A DNA stretch of 64,000 bases, taken from Octopus sinensis. Lineage: Eukaryota. Of the stretch, positions 13,203 through 26,067 are shown piece by piece. Each line of letters starts with the position of its first letter. The stretch's first letter is position 1. The stretch covers positions 17,422,001-17,486,000 of the forward strand of contig NC_043003.1 of NCBI RefSeq assembly GCF_006345805.1, written 5' to 3'. Made by a program: the position numbers and the translations under genes. The notes beneath the pieces are model-generated. The model had not been told where the DNA came from, made no database searches, and saw only the letters and a list, made by a program, of their open reading frames with translations.

Positions 13203-13445
13203 ATCGCATAGGTGATATAAAGCAAAAACCAATTGGCTTAGATTTGTCTAAGCAGAAACAGAGCAGAATTACCCGTGTTGCAAGACGTACCAAAAATCTT
13301 GATGATATGCTTAATTCTCTTGACAACGAGGAAAGTAGCAGCAGACATTCCTCACGCACTACTACTTCTACTAGTGAGGATGGAACAATCAGAACAACTA
13401 CAACTGTTCAATCTTCATCTTCATCCAGCAGGACAACACACAAAA
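13203..13445 (+). CDS. unc-22: Twitchin exon 7: Ser/Thr-rich linker, phase 1-1 (243 nt); reads through to TAA at 13469-13471 if the donor is not used
   Basis: tttttatag|ATCGC...CAAAA|gtatgt. NRIGDIKQKPIGLDLSKQKQSRITRVARRTKNLDDMLNSLDNEESSS...SSRTTHK. Open reading frame in register with exons 6 and 8. Confidence 0.85.
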
Positions 13446-15598
13446 GTATGTTTAATGGAGATTTAATCTAAAAATGTTCTTATATATATATATATGATGC
13501 AAAATACAAAAAATCTTAAAACAAAAAGTCATTTTAAAATACAATTAATTATTTAAGTTTTCCAACTTGATGTTGGTTCAATTGGCCTAACTCTACTAGA
13601 CTATATTTTCTGACAATATTTATTAATATTAATACTGACTTTTTTTTTAACAAAAAAACAAAAAGGAGAAAAGACAATCCTTTTAAAGATCTCTTTTGTA
13701 TTTGCCAAACCTTTAGTATTTATTAAAAATGAAGGTAACCCTAATACAAATCATATATGCACACACACAAACACACACACACATAAATACTGAATTTATC
13801 AGAAGTAAAACTGTTAAATGTAATTAATGGTTGAATAGCATTATCATTGTCCCAATAAAAATATCTCAAGTTTTCTACTGAGATATCTGAAGTAGTATAT
13901 AAAAAGTGTGAAAAATAAAGGTGGTAATACTGCTACTAATAATGGTGTCTGGCATGGTACAGGCAACACTAGTAGTTAAGGAAAAGAATTCTATTTATAT
14001 ATTCTAAAATAACAAATAAAAAAAAATGAAAATAAAATATTTTGCAAATTAATTTAGCAATTCTGAGGCTGTGCACTTTCTAGAAGGTAAATGGAAAAAC
14101 AAGAAAGATCTTGTTTTTAAGTATTTTATTTTACCTGAATTCACTAAGTTTACATTAAAACTTACTTCATGCATATATAACAACACATTGAATCTAATAT
14201 CTAATTATTTCAATGATTAGATTTAATGGAGTAAATCTATTAAATTTCTTATATGCATTTTTTATTTATATGTTCATCTTTAGCACGAAAAAATTCTGAT
14301 TTCTTTATCTTGTAAGGAAAAATAAACTAAAAGCAGTTTGTGAATTCTAATAACAATTTGCCTTCTAGTTTGTACGGCTGAAAAACTAAGAAAAAAAATA
14401 TAGAGAAATGAATAGAGAACTGACTAAAGTTTTCTTCTTTCGGTTGATTTATTTGAAGGAAGAAATTTAAGTGTAATTCATTAACCTTCATTTTTTTTTC
14501 CCTATACTCCTTCCTAGTAAACTTTCCTTCAGCCTTGAAATTTATCTGCAATGAATATTAAAAAAAAATAATTTAAATATCTCAGTTAAAAACTGAAGAA
14601 CTTAATAAGAATACTAAGAAAAGATTCTGTTGATCAGTTAGATCAATTTTATGTATTAATTTAATTAATATTCTGAAAGATACTGAATTGACCTGTGCTA
14701 TTAAAATTTGCTTAAATTTCAACAATTGTATTTTGTTTCGTAAATAAACTTTTTCATAAATTATTCATAGAACTTAATTTTTCACTTAGAATTGTTCTTA
14801 ATCACCGTCAGTCATTTGCTTTGTTTATTATTTATGGTTCACAATTATTTTTATGTGCTTCATCACAGTAATGAGTTAAGTTTGGAGAAATAACATAACC
14901 AATCATCATCTACTTAATTAAATAAATTGAATATTTCTCAATAAGAAAATTAAGTTAATATTATATGATTATTTTAATACAAAATTATCATGTTCTAAAT
15001 TAAGTAAAAACAATAAAACCTTTCAAACAAAATGCAAGGACAAAATAAAAAATATTAAGTTCATTAAGAAAGTTAATCCAAGTTATTATGCTACTATGAA
15101 AGAGAATAATACTGTCACAGAATAGATGATTTTATATCTTATTTTTTTAATATTTCAAATAGTTGAATAAAATTATGTATAAAAAAAACTAATTTCAATA
15201 ATCTATAATTATTTTGTTTTAACAAATCCTTCTTAATCTGAAGGTTAAAAAGTAGTTTGAGTTTTTCTACTTAATTTTACAGATATTTATCTGCAAGAAT
15301 TGAAGAATACTTTTGCATACAATTCTTTAAATCATTGTAATTAAATTAAAATGAATTTTGCTATAGTGCTACTTTTAGTAGTTCATAAAGTACATATACA
15401 AAAGGTACATAGAAGGAAATCTTTATTTTAGTAAAGAAAGTGAGGAGGAAGTCATATGACATCGAGTTAGAGTTGTATGCTACTTATATACATAATAATT
15501 TGGTGGCATAATGTGTTATATTAAAAAAAAAGTTCCAATAGATAGGTTTTATTTAACAGATTATTCAATAAACTTTTCGAAGTTTTCCATCTGATGTA

Positions 15599-15656
<58 letters not shown>

Positions 15657-17743
15657 CATAAGACTGTTATATTTTAATGTTGTTAGTGCTGTATTTCCAA
15701 ATTGTAGTCCAAGATATATACTTCTAATTTCATACACTATCAATTGAATTTTATAAGGCTAATTCAGTTCATAAACAATGTTTATTGCAAAATACATATG
15801 TGTGTTCATATTTCTAGATAGCACATTTAATATTTAGTATATGTGTTTATGTGTGTGGTAAATGATAAATATCCATCAATTCTCTTTTTGTTAATTGCCT
15901 TTATGAAACACAGCTGATGGGTGGGGGTGAATAAGAAATGAAGAAAGGAAAAACAATTATATTTCAACTGTCACTTATTCTATTTATCGTAATTTGTTGC
16001 AAGCTGTATAGTATTTGCATCTTTTTCATGTAGAATAGAACTTAAAAAAACTAATAACTGTACATTGCATGAATGGAATCATCTAGAAAAATTATTTGCT
16101 TGCTTGAATTAGCTATTCAATTGATCTCATACTTGGTAGATTTTTAAAAGTGTTTGGTACGTAGAATTTAATATGTGAATATCTTTTTCACACTAGATGA
16201 TCTTAGTCACTGAAATTATTAACTTTTAAGATAATCAGAAGTGAAAAGACATATTTATCAGCTCATATTTTTTTGCAAGAAACTATAATTGTTTATAAGG
16301 AATCAGAATATAGTTTTTCTTCTGGAATTTTTTTTAGTTTAAGTGTACTGTTTTTGATGTTTTTTATGCTTCCTACAATGTTTTTTTTTTCTCCAGAAGA
16401 CAGTATTTTGTATATGTTATTTCATTAGACTTATTCATTTCATACCATCTATAAATCAAAATATTTTAACTCAATTTGAAATAGTTTTAAAAATTTCCAA
16501 TTCTAAATAATTTACTCTTGAATTGAACAGAATATATCATGTTTATCATGATACTCGTAGTTATGCAACACCAGCTAAATATATATACATATATATACAA
16601 TTAGTTTTCAGTCCAAAAATATTTTTTCAACTGAAATAAATATGATATTAATCAAGAATATGTGAAATTAGTCTAGTGCTTGGAATTATTATTTGATGTA
16701 GAGATTTTGATGTGCTTTAACTGAAAATTTTTTCTCTATATTAGTTGTGTAGAAAATTTTGCTACTGTCCAAGTTTAAGTATATATTCTAATATTGTTCA
16801 GGTATACTCTGATCCCAGAAACAGAAAATAATTAGCGTAATTCATTAACAAATTGAAAGATTTCCATAAAATACATCTCTTTAATAGTTAACGGTGGTGC
16901 ATCAGCATGGCCGCAGCTCTGTGCTGAAACTACAAGAAAAACAAAGGTTTTCCTTTCATGTCAAAAATATGCTATATTGTATGAAAAGTGAGTTGATCAT
17001 TCTTTAAGGAATTTCTTTATTTAAATTTATCATAAATTTGACTAGTATAAGTGAAGAAACTTCATGTGGCAGAACAACTAAATATATATATACCAGGATG
17101 TCTTAACAGCTTTATGAGCCCTGAGGAAAAGCAATATATCAAAGTCCTTTCATTTATCTATTGGCAGCAAACCACTGACCACATAATACCTTGACACAAT
17201 ACTCTGTGTGTGTATATATATATAATTGTAGTATATGCATTTTGATGCAAAAAAATACATGTTGCTTAAGTCATTTGTCTCCTGAACAATTTCATAAACA
17301 GGGGAAACTCAGAGTAACAATAGAGGGATCAGCTTCAAATGAATATATCACCATCTTTTTACATCATCACAATTTTGATGTCCACTACTTCATGCTGACA
17401 TACACTGAATGGGTTTCACAACATAAGTCCATGTGTTTCATCTTCTGGCACACCATGTAACAGAGAAAACTGGCAAAACTTTGCTGCTATGTACATCATT
17501 TTTTTCCCCTTAGTGGTGGGATGAATATTTTTTATGGTTGGATACCTTTCTTATCAACAATCATTTTACAGCAGCAACTGACTACATTTTATCATGTAAC
17601 AAGCACTAGAGGTTGTCTGCAACAAAAGTCAGATCTACCCTGCATCAGGTGTTACTAAGACTTAGAGCTCTCCGAGATGAGTTACCAGTTTAGAGAGCAG
17701 ATAGCAGGAGTTTTGAGCATTGTAAGCTCAATAGTTCACAGCA

Positions 17744-17785
<42 letters not shown>

Positions 17786-17928
17786 ATAATGTATATTTAA
17801 ACACAAGAGAAATCCACTTATAGGAATTCAACACGCTAGAAAGAACAGCTAGGTTCTATAACCACAAAAATTAGGGATAAAATTCGACAGGAACGAAATG
17901 AAAAATAAAATCATTTTACCATCTAGTT

Positions 17929-18002
17929 TCCTGGACCAATTGGTTTCTGATTTTAGTTTAGCAAGTAAAGGAACTCACTAGGTGCAATCTTCTTCAGCAG
18001 GA
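17929..18002 (-). ncRNA. Minimal type I hammerhead ribozyme motif
   Basis: UCCUG-CUGAAGA-AGAUU..AAUCA-GAAA-CC AAUU GG-UC-CAGGA. Stem I has 5 perfect pairs, the core is intact, the triplet is GUC and stem III is palindromic. There is an A-A mismatch at the base of stem II. Confidence 0.75.
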
Positions 18003-18268
18003 CCACCTAGGGTTAAACGTTTACACATGGAGCGATCAAACTATTTGTCCCGAATTTATACATCCTAACTTTTTCAAAATCTACTGCGCAGCCACAGTCC
18101 TTCGCCAGCAATAAAAAAATGCCAACTTTTAAAACCGAAAATTATCCAAAAACTTACAATATTTAATCATATCAAAGGGAAATGTGTGTATATATTTATA
18201 TATATATACATATATATATATATGCATATGCATGTAGTTACTTTCATATACACACACACATATATATA

Positions 18269-18317
<49 letters not shown>

Positions 18318-21111
18318 ATAAAATGTTATATTAAAAATTTTTTGCTTTCATATCTGAATAAAACAATGCAAAAATCTCAAAACCTAATATTGTCCACATT
18401 TTAAGAAACCACAACTAAATTAAATAACACAAATTCATTTTGCTGAAGAATGAATTTTAGTATTTAAGAGAAAAAGTGTAAGTGTCAAACTATGAAACTT
18501 AACACACACATTCTTGTTTGTTTTTAATGTAGACATATCTGATAATTATAATTTGAATTTTAAAAGTTGCTTTTTTTTATATATAAATGTATGCAAAAGT
18601 GCATATTGAACATAATGAAAATTTTTTTTTATATATAAGCGGTTTCTTTGATTAATTTTAATTTGAAAGTTTCATGTATTCACATATAATAATCGAACAC
18701 ATTCCTATGGAAAAAAGAAACAAAATGAATTTTATTTTAAGGAATATTTTCTGCTAGTTATCTTAAGTCTCCAGAATATTTAAGAAGCAGAAACAAATCA
18801 ATAAAATGTGGCTTTTTCCCCAAGTTAATTTGAAAACAAAAAAAAAGAACCTTTCAAAGTTTGCTTAGCTACATTTGGCTGAAATTGGAGCGAACTGTAT
18901 AATGGGTTTGATCATTTAAAGTAGTGCCATATACTTGGCTACTTCAATACCACACAAAGCTATGATGAGAGCAACCTATTTCAACTTCCACCTGAGGACA
19001 ATAGCACCTGGTAGGTGAATATGCAATATGCATGTATGGCAGCATGAGCCACAGAAGTGTCAGTTCTGCTCTACTTGGAATGAAAGATTTTTCAAATGAT
19101 AGAAGATTTTTTTGTTGTGCAATATTTATCCCTTGAAGCATATATTATTTATATATTCTTAATTTTTACCTTGTGTTTCCCCCCATTCTACCTTTCCTAT
19201 ATATTATATAACACTGTGTGCAAAGTTTTACCAACCCAAAGAACTTCCCTTTTCCCATAAATTTTTTTTAATTATGACTGACCTTGGGGTGCTTTTCATT
19301 GACAAGAATGTTTTAATATTCTTCATTTTGTAATTATTTTATTTATTTCCCCATTTTGGAAGCATTGTATATTCTTTACTCTTTTCCATTTTCATATTCA
19401 CACAAAACATTACTGCATGTAAGGATACAATGCATAAACACGTGAGGATAAGTTTAACTGTAATAGTCTAGGAATTTGCTTTGCTATATAAAAGAAAACT
19501 CAAAATTAGATATTTTTAATATAAATTACAATGTTAGTATGCATAGGCTAGAGGCAACAAATGTCAGATTGATAAAATTCTTAGATTCATTACATTTCAA
19601 TATTTTTCTATCCTCATATATAATACTGCTCTACCATTTTGAGCTAATTTATTACATTTTATTTTCAGTTTCTATTCACTTTTTTCATAAATTCAATCAT
19701 CTTGATAAACCTTCTGTATTTTAAATTTTATTATAAATTTGTTTTCATTTCATCAACAAACAAGTATTCACCAATTGAAAGTATAATAAGTGATAACAAT
19801 AACTTACATCTATAATTGAATTTTAAGTAACAATATAGTTATCATAACAAAAAAAAATATCTAGAGGCAATTTATGAATCTTTTTTTACTTTATTTGAAT
19901 ATTCATATATTCATATCTTATGGAATATATTTCTGATATTTTTTAGAATATTTTTGAAATTTTAGATTTTGTGTTTTCCAAGACTAATTTTAATATTCAG
20001 ATTTGTTCTATTTTTTCCTTATGATTGTTTGCGTTTGAATTCTAAATTGAAATCTAACTTGGTAACTTGCTTTAATTAACATTAAATTTGGGAATTGGCG
20101 TGCTTTTTTTTTTTGTATATATTTTAGAACATTCCTGAAATTCAAAATTATTTTTTGAAATATATATATCTTGACTAGAAGTGAATTGTTTTATATATCA
20201 AGGATATTTACTAACAAGAAACAAATGTGGTGTTTTAACTCCAAAATGTAGCAAAAAGATATGAAATTTATTTACACAGCTACTTTAAAATGAGAAAATG
20301 GACTTCTGTTTTGTTATTTCATACTTACATACACACATATATATGTGTGTACATATAAATATGTGTATGAATGTATGTACATATGTGTGTGTGTGTATAC
20401 ATATATAAATATACATACACACACACACATATGTAAATAAGTATATATGTATGCACATATATATATAGATATATATATATTTATATGCATATATATATAT
20501 CTGTATATATACAGATACATATATGCATATATACACATACATATATATTTATATGTTTATACATACATACATATATATATTGTATATATATATATATATA
20601 TATATATTTATTTATAATATACATATATATATGATGCATACCATATTAATATTAATATACATTTTGCTTCATACTGCATCTTTTTTATCATCTTTTGTGT
20701 TCCAATAACCTACCCTTTTTTTATTGTGGTGTTAAATGGAAAAAGAAATTAAAAACAAAATAAACTCCCATGTATCTATTAATTTATTATAAGTATAATA
20801 TAATACACACATTTAATTTAGGAATTTTTTTATTGGTGATAGTTGTATACTTTTTAATGAAATATGAAGCTTTACAGTGATTCAGATATTATTTACAAAA
20901 TTTTAATTTCTCTTTATGAGTATTTATAAATTTAATTAAAAATAAATTTATTCATATCTAATGTGAATTATAACATTTAAGGAAATTAATCTAAAAATAT
21001 TTAAAATCACACTGCTAATATTTTTTTGTGTGTATGAAAAATGCTTAAAAATTTGCTTAAAAATTGATTACAAAAATGATATAAGTATAATGAGTCTTGT
21101 TTCCATTTCAG

Positions 21112-21242
21112 ACGAAATTGATCTACCAAAATTCACCAAGCCACTTCAGTCGCAGGCTCTGAATGAAGGTGACAAACTTACCTTAAAGTGCACTGTTGAA
21201 TCAAGTGAAGAACCTGATATTGTGTGGTCAATAAACGATAGG
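21112..21242 (+). CDS. unc-22: Twitchin exon 8: first half of Ig domain 3
   Basis: tttcag|ACGAA...GATAGG|gtaaaa. EIDLPKFTKPLQSQALNEGDKLTLKCTVESSEEPDIVWSINDR. Phase 1 to 0. Confidence 0.94.
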
Positions 21243-21606
21243 GTAAAATATAATTTATCCATATTGTGCTTGAGTTATAATTTAGAATATTAGTGTGATA
21301 ATATTCACTATCCAAGTGTGGTCAATGCCAGTACTGCCTGACTGGCCCTCATGCCAGTGGTATGTAAAAAAAGTACCCACTACACTCTCAGAGTGGTTGG
21401 CGTTAGGAAGGGCATCCATCTGTAGAAACCTTGCCAGATCAGACTGGAGCCTGGTGCAGCCTTCTGGCTTGCCAGCCCTGAGCCCAACCATTCAACCCTT
21501 GCCAGCATGGAAGGCAGACATTAATATTACTACTAATAATAATAATAAATGTCATATTTTGTTTCATTTCATATTTATGAAAATATTGTTATGTTTACTT
21601 TTATAG

Positions 21607-21760
21607 ATTATTAAGAGTAATGTTGCTTCCCAAACGTACTCAAATGGTGTGTGCACACTACAGCTTCCAGAACTCCTTCCAAGTGATAAAGGAATATATG
21701 TTTGCAAAGCTACTAATTCTGCAGGAGAATCAAGTACATCAGCAACTGTCCATGTTAAAG
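21607..21760 (+). CDS. unc-22: Twitchin exon 9: second half of Ig domain 3
   Basis: tatag|ATT...AAAG|gtgagc. IIKSNVASQTYSNGVCTLQLPELLPSDKGIYVCKATNSAGESSTSATVHVK. Phase 0 to 1. Confidence 0.95.
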
Positions 21761-21790
21761 GTGAGCAATTTTAAACAACATTCTTCATGT

Positions 21791-21830
<40 letters not shown>

Positions 21831-22531
21831 ACATGCACACACACAGGTGGTGATTCTCAGTCTTGAAACCTACGCACTTTGACACTAGCTGCTGGGTAAG
21901 CACTCGATGTACCAGCACTATCATCTCTTCACTTCATTCTCAGTTTTAAAAACCAAGGAGCCTCCTCAATATACTTATTTCTTTTCTACCCACAAGGGGC
22001 TAAACACAGAGAGGACAAACAAGGACAGACAAACGGATTAAGTTGATTATATCGACCCCAGTACGTAGCTGGTACTTATTTAATCAACCCCGAAAGGATG
22101 AAAGGCAAAGTCAACCTCGGCGGAATTTGAACTCAGAACGTAGCGGCAGACAAAACACTGCTAAGCATTTCACCTGGTGTGCTAACCTTTCTACCAGCTC
22201 ACCGCCTTTATATACCCTCAATATACCCTTTCCCTGATGACGGAGTACACATACTACTGTGCATCAGCCAGACCTCCTCCAAGTCCACTTTTGTGGAAGT
22301 AAGATGTATACTCTATTTACTGGAAAAGAAAATACATAGAGGTACATCATGTTCCTTTTCACTCTTGCCTGGTTAAATTCATTGGGTGAAGAGCACTGTC
22401 TTTTGTAATTTTCCCTGATCATTGATTCTCCTTTTTCACAATTTGGTTCAGATCAGGTTCTCCTTTTGCATGATCTGACAATCTCCTAATATAAAAATGA
22501 GTGTAGTGTTTTTATATATTTGTGTGTGTGC

Positions 22532-22563
<32 letters not shown>

Positions 22564-23298
22564 TAAGGAGGCATGCTGGTAGAAATATTAGTACGCTGGG
22601 CGAAATGCTTAGCAGTATTTCGTCTGTCTTTATGTTGTGTGTTCAAATTCTGTTGAGGTTGACTTTGTCTTTCATCCTTTCGGGGTTGATAAATTAAGTA
22701 CCACCTGGCATCTTGGGCAAGTGTCTTCTACTATAGCCTCGGGCTGACCAAAGCCTTGTGAGTGGATTTGGTAGGCGGAAACTGAAAGAAGCCCGTCATA
22801 TATATGTATATATGTATGTATGCGTGTGTATATATTTGTGTGTCTGTGTTTGTCCCCCACCCCCAACAACGCTTGGCAACCGATGCTGGTGTGTTTACGT
22901 ACCAGTAACTTAGTGGTTCAGCAAAAGCAACCGATAGAATAAGTAACAGGCTTACAAAGAATAAGTCCTGGGCTCGATTTGCTCAACTGAAGGCGGTGCT
23001 CCAGCTTGGCCACAGTCAAATGACTGAAACAAGTAAAAGAGTAAAGTGGAAGTAGACAAAAATAAACATTATTTTCCCTCTTACTGCTTTGTTTTGTTTT
23101 GAAAAATAAAAAAATTATTTTATGGTTTGTTATTGTTTATATTTTGAATTACATAATCTTTTATGGGGGCACCAAAATCTTTTAAGTACTTAGGGCCTTG
23201 GTGGGTCTTAATCTGACCCTGTATATGAAGAATATATGAACAAAAAGTTGATGCAAACAATAATATAAAACAAATTTCGGTTTTTTTCTTTTTTTAAG

Positions 23299-23412
23299 TG
23301 CTTGAAAAACCTGTCATAACTGAAACAGGAAATCCACCATGTGTTACAAAACCCCTAACTGGTCTTGTGGTGAAAGATGGAGATGCTGTTTCTTTGAGTT
23401 GTGAAATATCTG
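23299..23412 (+). CDS. unc-22: Twitchin exon 10: first half of Ig domain 4
   Basis: ttttaag|TGCTT...TCTG|gtaagg. VLEKPVITETGNPPCVTKPLTGLVVKDGDAVSLSCEIS. Phase 1 to 1. Confidence 0.93.
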
Positions 23413-23705
23413 GTAAGGTATTTTCTTGGTATATCAGACTATATTGTTGAAAATTTGTCTAAAATCATAAAATTAAAGTAGCCTGGAATATTTTCATCTA
23501 CTGAATGAAATTAAAGCAAATTATAAATATCAACCAAATGTATTGGAGAAGATATCTGTGGCTGTGTGGTAAGAAGTTTGCTTCTCAATGACATGGTTCT
23601 GGATTCAATCCCACTGCATGGCATCTTGGGCAAGTGTCTTCTGCTATAACCTTGGGCCAACCAAAGCCTTGTGAGTGAATTTAAGAGATGAATACTGAAG
23701 GAAGC

Positions 23706-23793
<88 letters not shown>

Positions 23794-24191
23794 ATGTATA
23801 TGTGTGTGTATGTGTACCTTTGTGTCTATGTTTGTGCACCTGCTTCTTGACAACCAGTGTTGATGACAGCATCTCTATAACTTAGTGGCTTGGTAAAAAT
23901 AAAACCCCAGAAAACTAGTAGAATAAGTACAAGGCTTTAAAAAGATAAGCCCTGGGGTAGATTCATTTGACTAGAATTCTTCAAGGCAATTGCCACAGCA
24001 TGGCCTTAGTCTAATGACTGAGATAGATAAAAGATAAAAACAATTTTTACGATTATATCTAATAAAATATTTGAGTATAAAAATATCCTATAATTACTAA
24101 TTATAGTTTAATTTGTACTCTTAGCTTTATATGAATTCATTTTTTGACCTTTGTTATTTAAATTGATTTTTAGAAGGATCTTATTTGTATA

Positions 24192-24487
24192 ATTCTGTTG
24201 TGTCTGGGGAGAGTCATTTTCTTTTTGTGCCTTATAATTTAACACACTGACCAGTAAAATTTCCACTTATTTCTTATTTTTATTTTCCTAAACTTTTCGT
24301 TGCATCTTGCAACCTTTTCAATAGTCTTGACACACATACATATATAGTCAAAACTATTGAAAAGGTTGCAAGACACAACGAAAATTTTAGGAAAATAAAA
24401 ATAAGAAATAAGTGGAAATTTTACTGGTCAGTGTGTTAAATTATAAGGTAAAAAAAAGAAAATGACTCTACCCAGACACAACAGAAT
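24192..24487. repeat. Foldback palindrome, 140-bp arms and 15-nt loop, in twitchin intron 10
   Basis: 24192-24331 is the near-exact reverse complement of 24347-24487. Same family as ~5404-5575 and 61209-61935. Confidence 0.95.
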
Positions 24488-24671
24488 ATGCTTCAACACG
24501 TGAACTCATATAAAGAATCTTGCAAACCAAATCCCAAAACGAAATATTTGTATAATGTTTCATGTAATTGCATATTGTTTTTGTTTTTGCACTTTAGTTA
24601 TTTTTTAAGTGTGAAATATATTTTTTTAATGGTTGTAATGCAAGACTAATGAACTTTAAACTTTCATTTAG

Positions 24672-24869
24672 GAATGCCAAAACCAAGCATCACTTGGTTA
24701 CATGGTGAAAATAAGGTTGAAAATTCTGAAGAATTTGCATATGAAAATAGCGATGACACCTATAAATTAATAATTGCTGAAGTATTTCCTGAGGATGCTG
24801 GTATCTATTCCTGTGAAGCATCAAACGAGGCTGGTAGAACATCCTGTTGCTGTACTTTGAAAGTTGTTG
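24672..24869 (+). CDS. unc-22: Twitchin exon 11: second half of Ig domain 4
   Basis: catttag|GAATG...GTTG|gtaaat. GMPKPSITWLHGENKVE...EDAGIYSCEASNEAGRTSCCCTLKVV. Phase 1 to 1. Confidence 0.96.
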
Positions 24870-25870
24870 GTAAATACATAACCTTATATTTTTGTAGTTG
24901 CATTTTTATTATACAAAAGGGTGCTGAAAAGTGAAAAGTTCCTGGTTTTAAGGGTATCACAAAAGGCCTAGTTGGAGGCCCAACCTTCTAAGTTCTTTTA
25001 CAAGGCTTAGAAAAACTGAAGGACCTTTAGAATAAGTATGTGAATCTGAGAGGAGAATATGTTAAATAAAATCATGATCAACTGACCCTCTTGCATTTTC
25101 TTTTACCCAAAGCCAATAACTTTGCAGCACCCACTTGTAGTTTGGTTGAGATTGAAGTGAATAATATATTACTATAAAATATATTATATAATAATATATC
25201 ATGGTATAAGCGAACTTAAAAACAATTCAAAATATCTAGATGTGAATTTTAAACATAAAACATTTTAGTAGGTAGAATCTACAATTATTTTAGATTGCAT
25301 ATTTAATAAAAATATCACCAACATCAAAATAAAAATTAAATCGAAATTGTAGTTAAAATACCCATGCTGGTGACATGTATAAAGCACCGTCCGAACATGG
25401 CAGATGCCAGCGCCGCCTGACTGGCGTCCATGTCGGTGACACGTAAAAGCACCAACATTGAAGAACTACTAAAATGACATTGTCATTATTAAGTTGGTGT
25501 TGTTCTAAGTTCAAATTACACAGAGGTCAACTTTGCCTTTCATCCTTCCAGGGCTGATAAAAGAAGTACCATTTGAACACTGGATTCGATGTAATTGATT
25601 TATGCCTTCCTCCAAGGCTGCTAACCTTGTGCCAAAATTTGAAGCCATTTTAAGTTGGTGCAAGGAGCATAAAATTGCCTGAAGTTTTGATGGGAGAATT
25701 TAATTTATATAAAGTTTGTAGTGCAGAATCAGAGGTGTTTTCAAATGAGTTGGTATTAAAAGGGTTACTCCATGATACTAGAAATACTCACTTGGATTAA
25801 GTTTTCTCCTACATATATATATCATCATCATCATCATCGTTTAACGTTCATTTTCCATGCTAGCATGGGT

Positions 25871-25905
<35 letters not shown>

Positions 25906-26007
25906 AGTCTAGTGCAGCCTTCTGGCTTGCCAGCCCTCAGTCAAACCGTCCAACCCATGCCAGCATGGAAAGTAGACGTTAAACAACGACGATGAGGATC
26001 ATGATGA

Positions 26008-26053
<46 letters not shown>

Positions 26054-26067
26054 TATATATGTACATG

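Noticed and set aside
15283-15344. Possible alternative terminal twitchin exon (ttttacag|AT..., NIYLQELKNTFAYNSLNHCN*)
   Set aside because: The acceptor is plausible but the peptide is short and unrecognisable, and such sites arise by chance in AT-rich DNA.
18925-19010. Exon-like segment ending CTG|gtaggt (GYFNTTQSYDESNLFQLPPEDNST)
   Set aside because: No convincing acceptor in a phase compatible with the twitchin exons.
20285-20708. Long ORF-track entries rich in Y/I/H/T/C/V (also near 26 kb, 40 kb, 46.8-47.5 kb minus, 61.3-62 kb)
   Set aside because: They are translations of (TA)n, (CA)n, (TACA)n or (GAT)n microsatellites with no splice or homology support.
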